Shown: positions 50,040 through 62,769, counted from the first letter of the whole stretch. The stretch: 63,426 nucleotides of DNA, filler included, from Octopus bimaculoides (GCF_001194135.2; 7 parts of 6 records of this genome joined end to end with filler, not necessarily neighbours in it); one strand, 5' to 3'. Numbers and translations: made by a program. The notes: generated by a model not told the origin, from the sequence alone.

Positions 50040-50460
50040 GTATTCAAGATTGCTTCATCAATGTTGTTGAGATAAACTCTAGAAGCACCAAAGATCAATC
50101 AGTCCAGGGTTCTTTGTAAATTTTGTATTCATAATTCCCAACCAAGAAGCCCTCCAGAACAGACCACCTACTTGATTCTTGTGAATACCCAGAGTTTCTT
50201 GGTCATCAACTAGTATAAAGTTCTTGTTGATCTTCCTCACCACTGGTTCTCTATAACACTAATTTGGACGGTTCATTGGCTTTGTTGCCTGATTGGTTGG
50301 AATGCTGAGTGCTTAACGATGTTTCAAGTGTCAGATGCCCAGTCTTGTTCTTCTTTTTGAACCAGAACTGAAGCTCTTCAAAGAGATACTCTATTGGGAA
50401 AATGTGTGTGACAAAGGGCAACCACTTCTGGTTGTCAGCCAGAAATCTCTGCAGAATTTA
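50040..50460 (-). mobile_element. Highly decayed LINE RT fragment
   Basis: Remnants FWLTTRSGCPLS (cf. G.RQGCPLSP) and KINKNFILVDD (cf. INNLRFADD). Confidence 0.4.
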
Positions 50461-50505
50461 CTACCTCAGTGCATGTCTACACATAATCAACTTTAGCATA
50501 CTAAG

Positions 50506-50867
50506 TGTTATGTTTCCCTCGGATGACTCGTAGAGATAACACAACGAGTTATACAATTTAATTATTACATTTATTGTTCAATTACATACAAAGAACGCAC
50601 TCACCCAATGTTCGTTATGAAATAAACAAAAGTCATGTCCGCCATATATATATCAATGACATTTTACTACGACAGTCCCACAAGACAACAACAATGAAAC
50701 AATGAACTCAGACGAACCACATGACACACGGAACGTCAGACGAATTACATATCTAACAGTCCATATAACACCTCCCCACTGAAATTGATGCTACACAAGA
50801 AGTATCAACAGCAAAGTCTCTCTTGGGTTTTACGGGTTCTCTTGGACCGTCTTGGGTTGTCTGGTCC
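50506..50867 (-). mobile_element. 3' LTR (50506-50770), PPT and integrase tail of a Gypsy-like LTR retrotransposon, cut by the contig end
   Basis: TGTTA...TAACA termini. Minus-strand purine tract AGTGGGGAGG abuts the LTR. TATA-like and AATAAA motifs lie inside. Upstream RRSKRTRKTQERL is a typical Gypsy IN C-terminal motif. Confidence 0.8.
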
Positions 50868-50967
50868 NNNNNNNNNNNNNNNNNNNNNNNNNNNNNNNNN
50901 NNNNNNNNNNNTTAATTAATTAANNNNNNNNNNNNNNNNNNNNNNNNNNNNNNNNNNNNNNNNNNNN

Positions 50968-51036
<69 letters not shown>

Positions 51037-51037
<1 letters not shown>

Positions 51038-51682
51038 CATTAGAAGAAAAGGGCATCAAAACCAAGGCAAGACGAGTATCTCAAGTTATTTATAATAAGT
51101 TAATTAGGATAAGGTTAATTTGAAGTCTTATAGCTGTTTCTGGGATATCCCAAGTGATAGGCTAAGATGTCCGTACACAGAGTATTCCCTCATCAGAAGC
51201 AAAGTGAGTATGAAAGTTCTAGACAGAAGAACTCACAGTTTATAAAAATAAAATAGATGAATAAAGAGTAAAAGTAGATATAAGAATACAGATAGGATAA
51301 TAAAATACTGCTATAATTCTGCCTGGATTTACCTGCGATTAAGCATAAGGACCTATACCTTCACGGTAAAATGGACCAACCTCTATACCTTCTGGAAAAA
51401 GATGAATCGTGAACTTGTATTATCCTATCTGTATTCTTATATCTACATTAACTCTTTATTCTTCTATCTTATCCCTTATAAACTGTGAATTTTCCTGTCC
51501 AGAACTTTCTTGCTCACTTTGTTTCTGATGGGGGAATACCCAATGTACGGACAGGCTTAGCCTGTCACTTGGGATATCTCAGAAACAGCTGTAATACTTC
51601 AAATTAATCTTACCCTAATTAACTTATAAATGACTTGAGATACTCGACTTGCCTTGGTTTTGATGTCCTTTTCTACTAATGT
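51037..51682. mobile_element. Inverted pair of about 265-bp Penelope pLTR-like units, each carrying a hammerhead-like core
   Basis: 51037-51303 is the reverse complement of about 51418-51682. CTGATG[A/G]...GAAACAGCT[A/G]TA is present in both arms. Confidence 0.8.
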
Positions 51683-51830
51683 TTACCTGCTAACACGGAA
51701 GCCAAATACGGACCCCTTGCTCCACCCTCAGCCGTGAACTTGGAACCTAACGGACGATGAATTATAGCACTTATTCAACGTACCTATTCGTTTAGATCAC
51801 CAGTGAATTAAACTCTTCATATCTTATGTT

Positions 51831-51867
<37 letters not shown>

Positions 51868-52008
51868 ACACATCACATATACATACACATACATGTATTC
51901 CTAAATTGTTTCCATCTCCTACATTTCTCCCCCTCATGCTCTCGCGTTATATACTGACTCAAACACCATTCATAACTACATATATGAAACTGTGCATAAA
52001 ATCATGCA

Positions 52009-52043
<35 letters not shown>

Positions 52044-52541
52044 ACAGGTTCCTCGCATATTCATATGCGTAATACTCTTTTCCCCCACACCTCTCTCATT
52101 TTCTCAATTCCTCTCTCTCTCTCTTTCCTTCTCTCAACTTCACTCTCTCTTACTCCTCCCTCTCACACACACATATGCAGATTAATTGAGAGATAGGTCG
52201 ATTCAAACTGGGTATATTTTCAAATCTAATACTATTATTTCGAGTTATCATATACATTTATATGGTTATTTTGTCGATCCTATAACCTTTATATCCCCAA
52301 AGCTTCAGCTGTTATAGACTAATCTATGATCTCGGTTCTGCGTGTGTTTCTTTTTCTGAGACCTTCTGTGTGAATGTGTGTGTGTTAACGTATATGTATG
52401 TGTGTATGCATATCTGTATGAATATATGTATGTGTATGTGTATGTATATAGGAATCTAAATCTTTTATGGGCCCTATACATACATACATACATACATATA
52501 TATATGCATGAATACAGACATACACAGACACATGCATAAGC

Positions 52542-52579
<38 letters not shown>

Positions 52580-52797
52580 NNNNNNNNNNNNNNNNNNNNN
52601 NNNNNNNNNNNNNNNNNNNNNNNNNNNNNNNNNNNNNNNNNNNNNNNNNNNNNNNNNNNNNNNNNNNNNNNNNNNNNNNNNNNNNNNNNNNNNNNNNNNN
52701 NNNNNNNNNNNNNNNNNNNNNNNNNNNNNNNNNNNNNNNNNNNNNNNNNNNNNNNNNNNNNNNNNNNNNNNNNNNNNNNNNNNNNNNNNNNNNNNNN

Positions 52798-52852
<55 letters not shown>

Positions 52853-53266
52853 ACGAATATATATGTGTGTATGTATAATATATATGTGTCTGTGAGAGAA
52901 TGTGTGTTTGTATGTATATATATATATATGCATATATATGTATATAGATATATAGACATATATATGTATATATATTTATATATATATACATATATATACA
53001 CGTATATATATGCATACTTATTTCTATACATCAAATATGTGTGTGTGTATGTGTAGGTATGTGTGTACATACCATAGATATATGTATGTATTTCATATAT
53101 ACCTATTAATGTCAATACATGCCTGTGACTAAAGGGACTTTTATTCTTAACGAAGATTCTTGCATTCGTGAGGTACTTTAGACACAAAAAGACTTTTGAA
53201 TTTTTACCAAATTTCATACTCAATAGGAAACAGGGATCAAATCCCTAGAATTACTTATATGTACTT

Positions 53267-53381
<115 letters not shown>

Positions 53382-53631
53382 CCATGCTTCCAATAGCTGT
53401 AATAGATACATATATAACATTCACTTTTTAAATTCTAATTTACTTTTTGTAAAACGTAGTAAACTATTTTGTGATCATATGTGTCTGTGCGTGAATATAT
53501 ACATACATGCACACACACACATACACACACACACACACACGCATATATATACATACATATATACGTATACACACACATATATAACAAGCAAAAATAGCTA
53601 CTTCTAAAATCGCTCTCTCTCCACACACACA

Positions 53632-53679
<48 letters not shown>

Positions 53680-53765
53680 CATGCTGTAAAATATATACAA
53701 TTAATGCTCAATGTATTCAAAATATTAACAACTACAATAACAGGAAAAACAACAACAGCAACAGC

Positions 53766-53833
<68 letters not shown>

Positions 53834-54326
53834 CAACGGTGATGCTTTCTAATTTAGAATGAATTTTAAGTAAGTTGTTTAGACAATATTTTACAGGTAA
53901 AATTACCACGAAAGGTTACAAAGATATATATATATATATATCTACACTTACACTCTCTCTCTCTCCTATATACATGTACATACACATATATATATATGTG
54001 TGTGTGTGAGTGTGTCTAGGTACTCATGTATGTATGTATGTTTGTACGTGTGTACATATCTTTGTGTCTGTATGTGTGTATGTGTTTATGGAATTTACCT
54101 TAGTACAATTTGGAATGAAAGATAATGCAATTCACATCAATTCTGTACCCACAGCGATATGTACTTTACATTTTTAACTCGTTCTTAGCACTAAACTATA
54201 ATTGTAATGCATCCCGTTATTTTGAGCGTGTTGCATTCCTTTAAATATTCCGCATTAAACACACATATACCAACATTAAATGTGCTACACATTTGTATCT
54301 CTGCGTGTGTGGCGTCTGTGTATATA

Positions 54327-54383
<57 letters not shown>

Positions 54384-54940
54384 ATATATATACATAAATA
54401 TATATATATGTTTGTATTTATATATATATATATTTATGTATATATATATGTATATATATATGTGTGTGTGTAGATATATACATATATTTATATATAGGTG
54501 TGTGTATATGTGTGTCTGTATGAATATACACATTCAAAAGTATAAAATATAGCTATATGTATGTATGTATCTGTCTATACAAATATATATCTATCGATAT
54601 ACACATACATACGTATATATATATACTTGTGCATGGGTGAGTGCGTGTGGATCATGTAAATGAGATTGTAAGTCCAAAAATCGCAGGAAAGTTAAAACTA
54701 GTTTGTTTATTTAAAAAAGACAGATGAAAAAAGAGACCACACAAGAAAAATAATAACAAAACAAAAGAGATTCTTGCAAGTATCAGTAAATAAGAGTTAA
54801 AGGTTTTATGCACGTTAAACAATATTTATACCATGAAAATTACCCACAAACAGGTTTATGAGGTTTAATTTGAGACATTGTCTAGACAATATTTTTTTCT
54901 CAGAGATACCAACAATGATAATAATAATTTCATGTAATTG

Positions 54941-54986
<46 letters not shown>

Positions 54987-56150
54987 NNNNNNNNNNNNNN
55001 NNNNNNNNNNNNNNNNNNNNNNNNNNNNNNNNNNNNNNNNNNNNNNNNNNNNNNNNNNNNNNNNNNNNNNNNNNNNNNNNNNNNNNATATACATATATAA
55101 AAATGTACGTACACATGTATATATATATATACATATAGGCATATATTTACATACACACAAACATTTATACAAAGGTGATTGTGTTGTTTCTTTTATTTCA
55201 AAAGTAATTATATTTAAACATTATTTTCATTTCACAGGTAAAAAATCACAGGTAACCATAGATATTGTGTGACATAGGGTAGAATGAGCACAGCTGATCA
55301 GCTGTATGTCAGTATGTAATTGATGAACTTTTTAACAGTTATAAATAAATACTTTGTAAAATATTATAGTGCCAACATTTCTACAATTTATGAGAGGTTG
55401 ATGTTTGTAGATTCTATAATTTTTATATTTCTGATCTATGAGACGATTTAGCTTAGAATGTGTGTATTTTTGGCTATAGGTTAAATACTCTATGTGGAAT
55501 AAACTTTTAATACCATACCACAACTGACACAAGTGATATTTTGGGAGAGTATGTATGTATGTATGTACTTATTTCAGTCATTTGACTGCTACCATTCTGG
55601 AGCAGCGCATTTAGTCGAAGAAATCGAACCCAGGACTTATTCTTTGTAAGACTTATTCTATTGGTTTCTTTTGCCGAACCGCTAGGATTCGGGTATGTAA
55701 ACACACCAAAATCGGTTGTTAAGCGAGGGCGTTCGGGTGGATAAACACAGAAGACACACATACACATGAAAGGGCTTCTTTCAGTTTCCGTCTGTCAGAT
55801 CCATTAATAAGTCTTTGGTCGGTCCGAGACTAAAGTAGGAGAGACTTGCCCAAGGTGCCAAGCAGTGGGACTGAACCTGCAACCATGTGGTTGGGAAGCA
55901 AGATATTTTTTACCAGTCAACCACGCTTGCGCCTATATATATAGGTTCCCGTAACTTATTAGTTCGGCAAAAGAAACCGATTGAATCAGTTATAGTCTTA
56001 CAAGGAATAAGTCCTGGGCTCGATTGTTTCGACAAAAGGCGGTACACCGTCATAGCCGCAGTCAAATGGCTCAAATAAATTAAAGAATAAAAGAGTACAC
56101 ACACACACGCACACACAGAGACGCACACGCATACACACACTCATATATGA

Positions 56151-56185
<35 letters not shown>

Positions 56186-56724
56186 NNNNNNNNNNNNNNN
56201 NNNNNNNNNNNNNNNNNNNNNNNNNNNNNNNNNNNNNNNNNNNNNNNNNNNNNNNNNNNNNNNNNNNNNNNNNNNNNNNNNNNNNNNNNNNNNNNNNNNN
56301 NNNNNNNNNNNNNNNNNNNNNNNNNNNNNNNNNNNNNNNNNNNNNNNNNNNNNNNNNNNNNNNNNNNNNNNNNNNNNNNNNNNNNNNNNNNNNNNNNNNN
56401 NNNNNNNNNNNNNNNNNNNNNNNNNNNNNNNNNNNNNNNNNNNNNNNNNNNNNNNNNNNNNNNNNNNNNNNNNNNNNNNNNNNNNNNNNNNNNNNNNNNN
56501 NNNNNNNNNNNNNNNNNNNNNNNNNNNNNNATATATATATATATACACACGTGCGTAAGTGTGTGCGTGTGTGTGTGTATAACAGATAAACAGGGCCTGA
56601 AAGATTGCTATGATTAACATGGCGTGTTTTATAAATCTGCCCGTTCAAGTATCATAATAGCATGAAACTATTGGTAGCTCTTTCGGTTGTGTATTTAAAT
56701 TGATATATATATATATACATACAT

Positions 56725-56775
<51 letters not shown>

Positions 56776-56988
56776 CTCACACATAGACACACATACAAAT
56801 ACCTATGGGCGTAGGTGTGTGTGTGTGTGTATGTGCGTGCGTGTGTTTGTGTATAAGGAGGAATTCTGTAAAGAAAACATGTGTAGAAGTACAAAAGAAC
56901 TCAATACCTGAGAAATAAGCATTAATCCTGTCTTACTTCGAAGAGAATTTCTAAGAATTCAAACAAGATTAACTATGTAAACTACTCC

Positions 56989-57004
56989 AATAATAATAAT
57001 AATG

Positions 57005-57074
<70 letters not shown>

Positions 57075-57150
57075 TAATAACATTTCAGCTGTTGCTACTA
57101 CCGATGGTGCTGATGAAGATGATGATGATGGTAATGATGACGATGACGAT
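56989..57150. repeat. (AAT)n then (GAT)n microsatellite
   Basis: Direct reading. Confidence 0.95.
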
Positions 57151-57530
57151 ACTCATCTTTATACGTCTATGTGCATACACATACACACACGCACGCACAC
57201 GCACGCACGCACACACGCGCACACACACACACTCACGCACACACGTTTGTACGTCACGTAATTACGCATCCACAAATTAAACTTCCATCAAAGGAAACCT
57301 CTCAGATTCGTGTGTGTGTGTATTTGTATACATTCACATATTGCAGTGCCCACACAAATTATTCTAGTTATGTTTTTAAGAAAAACAACAAAAAAAAGTA
57401 CAAAATAAAACAAAAAAACTCCTTCAACAAATGCTTGTCTCATATCTTCTTATAATTACCTATTTATACACTAGCTTATCTAATCTCAGTTCAACACCTA
57501 GTTCCATTTGGGTTTATCTCTCTATCTATC

Positions 57531-57581
<51 letters not shown>

Positions 57582-57970
57582 CTGTCTGTCTATCTGCCTG
57601 CCTGTCTGTCTGTCTGTCTGTCTGTCTGCTTCTCTCTCTCTCTCTCTCTCTCTCTCTACCTATCTGTCTNNNNNNNNNNNNNNNNNNNNNNNNNNNNNNN
57701 NNNNNNNNNNNNNTTAATTAATTAANNNNNNNNNNNNNNNNNNNNNNNNNNNNNNNNNNNNNNNNNNNNCATATATACGACGGGCTTCCCTCAGTTTCCG
57801 TCCACCAAATCCACCCACAAAGCTTTGGTCGGCCCGAGGCTATAGTAGAAGACACTTGCCCAAGGTGCCACGCAGTGGGACTGGACCCAGAACCATGTGG
57901 TTGGTAAGCAAGCCACCCACCACACAGCCACTCCTACGCCTACATATATATATGTTTACATACATATATG

Positions 57971-58009
<39 letters not shown>

Positions 58010-58475
58010 ATCTATGTGTGTGTGTCTTTTTGTTTGTGTTTGTTTCCCCATCACTGCTCGACAACCAGTATTGATGTGTTTACATCCCCTGTAACAGGAA
58101 GAAAGAGTGAGAGAAAGTTGTGGTGAAAGAGTACAGCAGGGTTCCCCACCATCCCCTGGCGGAGCCTCATGAAACTTTAGGTGTTTTCGCTCAATAAACA
58201 CTCACAACACCCGGTCTGGGAATCGAAACCGCGATCCTACGACCACGAGTCCGCTGCCCTAACCACTGGGCCACTGCAACTCCACCCATGGTGTAGTACA
58301 ATGGGAGTAAAGTGAAATGTTGTATCTGCAAAGCAAATTTCTTTAACACACAGTAATAATAACATGAGTATATTATTACTGATTTTGCTATATATATATA
58401 TATGTCTACTCCACCCAAGTCAAAGAATTTCAAGAAGCCAAGAACTGGAAGAGATAATATGTAAAAGAATAATAC

Positions 58476-58518
58476 CTGTCCATATGCAAATATAGTTCCA
58501 TTATATCCGGCAAGGACA
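58476..58518 (-). CDS. KIF6: Kinesin motor-domain exon (43 nt), most like KIF6
   Basis: ttttctag|T GTC CTT GCC GGA TAT AAT GGA ACT ATA TTT GCA TAT GGA CAG|gtatta = VLAGYNGTIFAYGQ, just before the P-loop. Kinesin identity is strong. The KIF6 call rests on sequence plus a phase-2 acceptor recalled for vertebrate KIF6, so it is tentative. Confidence 0.75.
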
Positions 58519-59554
58519 CTAGAAAAAGACAAAATTGAAAAAAAAAATTTTTTAAGAGACAAGAATATTAATAAGTTGATAAATTTTAAACAAAGAGAAA
58601 ATGGTAAGACATGGTAGAGAGATATGCTAAAGTATTTTCTGGGTGCTGAAGAGGAAGGGCTTTCTTTGTGCAGTTTTGGCTGTGCTGAGGATGTTAGACT
58701 GTTAATGTTGAAGATGGATATACACACACACACACACACAGATATATATATATACACACACACACGAAATAACCCACGCATATACACACACACATACACA
58801 CACATATATATACACATANNNNNNNNNNNNNNNNNNNNNNNNNNNNNNNNNNNNNNNNNNNNNNNNNNNNNNNNNNNNNNNNNNNNNNNNNNNNNNNNNN
58901 NNNNNNNNNNNNNNNNNNATATACACACACACACACACACACACACCATGTAACATATGTGTGTATGTATGTAGGTATGCATAGAGGCACTCACGCCTAC
59001 ACAGAGACGTATATATGTACGTTTGCAAAAAAAAGAAAAATGTATATATATACAATGTACATACATTCATGTATACATACATGCATAAGCCATGTGAAAG
59101 TTACATAATGAGAAAGCACAGTGAAAGAGAATAGTCAGATTCTGTGGGAGAAAACTTCATCAATCTATTAAATGCCAATCATGTGCATGTTTAGAAAAAC
59201 TATGGAAGAGTAAAGTGACATAACAGACCAGCTTGTCATAGTGCAGAAAAATAGTGTAGGCAAGAATGAAAACACTCTTATGGCAGAGAACATCGATATG
59301 TTGCATAACTACATATTATATATAAGCTTTACACAGACAGTTACTTTTTAAAGCAATTTTTCCAAGACCACTGTGTACCCAACGTGGTGCAGACAGATAA
59401 GTGGATTGGTGATAGAAGGAACTGTTAGGATGTGTTGAACATTATTTAATTAAAAGAGTTATGTTGTCAGAACTAGAGAAGATTACCCTGTAGAACCTTG
59501 TTGCGGTATGACTTGGTTGCTAAAATTTGCCTGATTCTTTTTCCCTACTTGCAG

Positions 59555-59619
59555 TTTCTGGAATGAGTGATTTGGAAAGTGCAGCTGCAGCCTCAGTTGC
59601 TGCTATTGAAGGATTGTGA
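59555..59619 (+). CDS. Candidate terminal exon of an unidentified gene (xSGMSDLESAAAASVAAIEGL*)
   Basis: Strong acceptor ttctttttccctacttgcag|, open phase-1 frame to TGA at 59617-59619, and protein-like composition. Confidence 0.5.
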
Positions 59620-60042
59620 AAAAGTATACATACATCCTTAAAAGAAAACTTATAGAAGATTATTTCTAGTGTTAGAATTCTTTATAAAAGGAATATTCCA
59701 AGGTTGTATTGTTAAGAAATTCTCTTCACAATCATGTAGTTTCGGGTTCATTCTCATTGCTTGGTATTTTGGGTGGTCTCAAAGCAACGAAAATATTTTG
59801 GCAAATTAAATTTAAATGTTGAAGTGAATCTAAAGGTTTTTGTGTGTTTCTTAAATGGCTTATAAACACCTTTCACGCTGCAATTGCTTTCTTTCCATCA
59901 CACGATCTGAGATCAGGGCGCTTGCTATGCAAGTACATCCCCNNNNNNNNNNNNNNNNNNNNNNNNNNNNNNNNNNNNNNNNNNNNTTAATTAATTAANN
60001 NNNNNNNNNNNNNNNNNNNNNNNNNNNNNNNNNNNNNNNNNN

Positions 60043-60558
60043 TATTACACAAGTAATGTCACCGTCAGGCAAGCAATGAACTTCATTTGCAATCTTCCGT
60101 GAAAACATGTCTGGTCTATTACGAAATGACCGCACGTGAGCTTACAGAAAAAAGCCCACCAGAACATGCAAAAGTGGCCAACAAATGAACCAGTGATATG
60201 TGTATATGTGTGTGTTGTCTGCACGCGTGCGCGCGTGCATATGTGTATGCGTGTATATATGTATGTATCTATCTATCTATCTATCTATATACCTATGTAT
60301 CTATAAAGATATATATATATATAGATAGATAGATAAATAGATACATACATACCCGTGCGCGCGCACACACAGGCACACACACAAACACTCACACTGTTCT
60401 TACTGCAGCGGGCATTGTACAGTTATATGCTTTTCCTGTCCCCAACACCATTCTGTTATCGATCGGGGTCATATTTCGCAATAGAGCAGACATGTTTTCA
60501 TGGAAGATTGCAAATGAAGTTCAATGTTTGCGTGATGGTGGCATTACTTGTGGCATAA
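60043..60558. repeat. About 90-bp inverted repeats (60043-60131 and 60467-60558) enclosing microsatellites
   Basis: caagtaatg.cacc.tca.gcaa.ca.tgaacttcatttgcaatcttcc.tgaaaacatgtctg.tctatt.cgaaat on opposite strands. Confidence 0.85.
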
Positions 60559-60569
60559 CTATCTATTTA

Positions 60570-60760
60570 TTTATTTATCTATCTAATCTATCTATCTAAC
60601 CAAATCTGATCTATCTATCTATCTAATCCAATCTAATCTATCTAATTTAATCTATTCTATCTATCTAATCTATGTATCTAATCTAATCTAATCTAATATA
60701 ATCTATGTATTTAATCTAATCTATCTATTTAATCTAATCTAATCTATCTATTCTAATTTA

Positions 60761-60793
<33 letters not shown>

Positions 60794-60845
60794 ATCTAAT
60801 CTATCTATCCATTTGTCTGTCTATCTGTCTATTTATCTGTCTGTC
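60570..60845. repeat. Mixed (ATCT)n/(ATCTA)n microsatellite
   Basis: Direct reading. Confidence 0.9.
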
Positions 60846-61197
60846 TGCGGGAAGTTCAAGGAAGAAAAAAAAAATAGCACTCAAAACAGGTAGTAAAGTA
60901 TATTTATTTCACTGTTACTTAATTTATCGACCCCCGAAAGGATGAAAGGCAAAGTCGGCTTCGGTAGCATTTGAACTCAGAACGTAAGAATGGACGAAAT
61001 GCCACTGGTTTAACTCTTTTTTTTCTTTTTTTCAAGGCTTGAGCACCAATTTCGAGAAACTAGATTCGAATCGATTTGTGGTCATCGAATATTCTTTCGA
61101 TGATGAAGACTCCTACTTTCTACCGTTTGCAACCCTTCAGCCCATGCCTGTTGACCGTTTTCTGCGTTTTAGCTTGTCTTACAAAGTCTCTTTGAAA

Positions 61198-61312
61198 AAT
61201 TCAAATTTGCTTGCATAGAATTCAAATTTGATTGCGAAGAATTCAAATTTGATGGCAAAGAATTCAAATTTCAGTGCAAAGAATTCAAATTTGATAGCAA
61301 AGAATCCAAACT
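61198..61312. repeat. 21-bp tandem repeat, about 5.5 units (gaattcaaatttgatNgcaaa)
   Basis: aattcaaattt recurs every 21 bp. Confidence 0.9.
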
Positions 61313-61323
61313 AGGAACACATC

Positions 61324-61371
<48 letters not shown>

Positions 61372-61376
<5 letters not shown>

Positions 61377-61584
61377 TATTCAGACAAATACATAACAAAA
61401 ACACCAGGACTTACAAATATATATAACATACAGAAAATTGCACTACTGGGTACTGCACACATTCTACGCAAAACACTTTCAATACAGTAAACATAAGAGC
61501 ACCACAGCAAACCACAGCACATACCCAAGGCGCACAGAGCTGCGATCGGTAGTGAAGTGAAAGCACGTTATAAAAATAAAACTA

Positions 61585-61587
<3 letters not shown>
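61372..61587 (+). mobile_element. 5'-truncated R4/Dong-like LINE inserted in an (AAT)n tract
   Basis: KYSDKYITKTPGLTNIYNIQKIALLGTAHILRKTLSIQ* (stop 61488-61490), with (AAT)n on both sides (61325-61372 and 61588-61621). Confidence 0.75.
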
Positions 61588-61622
<35 letters not shown>

Positions 61623-62101
61623 GAGAGCAGTACAAGCGGAAACTGACACACTACATCTACCACCGAACATACCATCATTCACGACACACACACACACACG
61701 CGTACGCACGCACACACACGCACACACGCTATTACTTCCTCTTCCTACTCCTCTCATTTGTATAATACAGATACATTTTATAGAAATATTTCCAAGTCCT
61801 TTGCAAATACTGCACCAGCATGCACCTTCCTTCCTTCACTTTCTGCACCAGCCAAGCTGACACATAGATCTCGCTGTGTATCCGCACATACATCTCTTGC
61901 GAGAGCAACCGAATTACTTGAATGTCTTTGCAGACATCCACCGCCAATTCGGCCTCTTTGGTCAACAAGAACACATCGGCACCAAACAGTATCAACAGAC
62001 TNNNNNNNNNNNNNNNNNNNNNNNNNNNNNNNNNNNNNNNNNNNNTTAATTAATTAANNNNNNNNNNNNNNNNNNNNNNNNNNNNNNNNNNNNNNNNNNN
62101 N

Positions 62102-62132
<31 letters not shown>

Positions 62133-62769
62133 TTATATATATGCATATGTATATACGTTTATACATATGTGTGTATATATATGTGTGTGTGTCTGTATAT
62201 GTATACATATATATATATGAACACATCATACACACGCTACGCACAGAGTAAAAATGAGTTTTGAGATATTGTTTTGGCAGCGAAAATGTGATTACGGTAT
62301 TTCATTTTGTAAAATAAAACAGAGCTGGTACTTATCTATTCTTCTGTTGCGAAACATCTGCATCCATTTCATGGAACACCTATGCCAATATTAATATTTG
62401 AAGAGCTATATAATCAGGAAATTTTCAAAAATATCGCGAGACGGCAGAGAAATTGGTAAAAAGAAAATGAAAAAGAAATATAGAGAACGAGTGAACTTGT
62501 GTGTGTGTGTGTGTGTTTGTGTGTGTGAGGGTGCGAGAGGGAGAGAGAGACAAAGAGAGGGAGAAAGAATGGGGTGAATATATTTGAGATGTGTGTAAAG
62601 GATGAAAGAGAGAATGAGAGAAAGAACTGAAGGAAAAGAAAAAAAGAAAGGAAGAAAAGAACAGAGTGATATATATATGCTTGTTTGTGTGTTTGTGTAT
62701 TTGTGTATTTATACACACTGATACTCACATGCACGCACACATATATATACAGTGACACACAATTACACA

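Noticed and set aside
55238-55251. 14-nt micro-exon candidate (ttcacag|GTAAAAAATCACAG|gtaacc)
   Set aside because: No host gene is identifiable in this contig and the length is not a multiple of 3. It is compatible with chance.
58191-59066. 291-aa ORF containing the kinesin motif
   Set aside because: Only 43 nt are exonic. The rest is intron, microsatellite and N-gap.
61790-62001. GC-richer stretch with short ORFs, a possible LINE endonuclease remnant
   Set aside because: No motif could be matched with confidence, and it is truncated by the linker.
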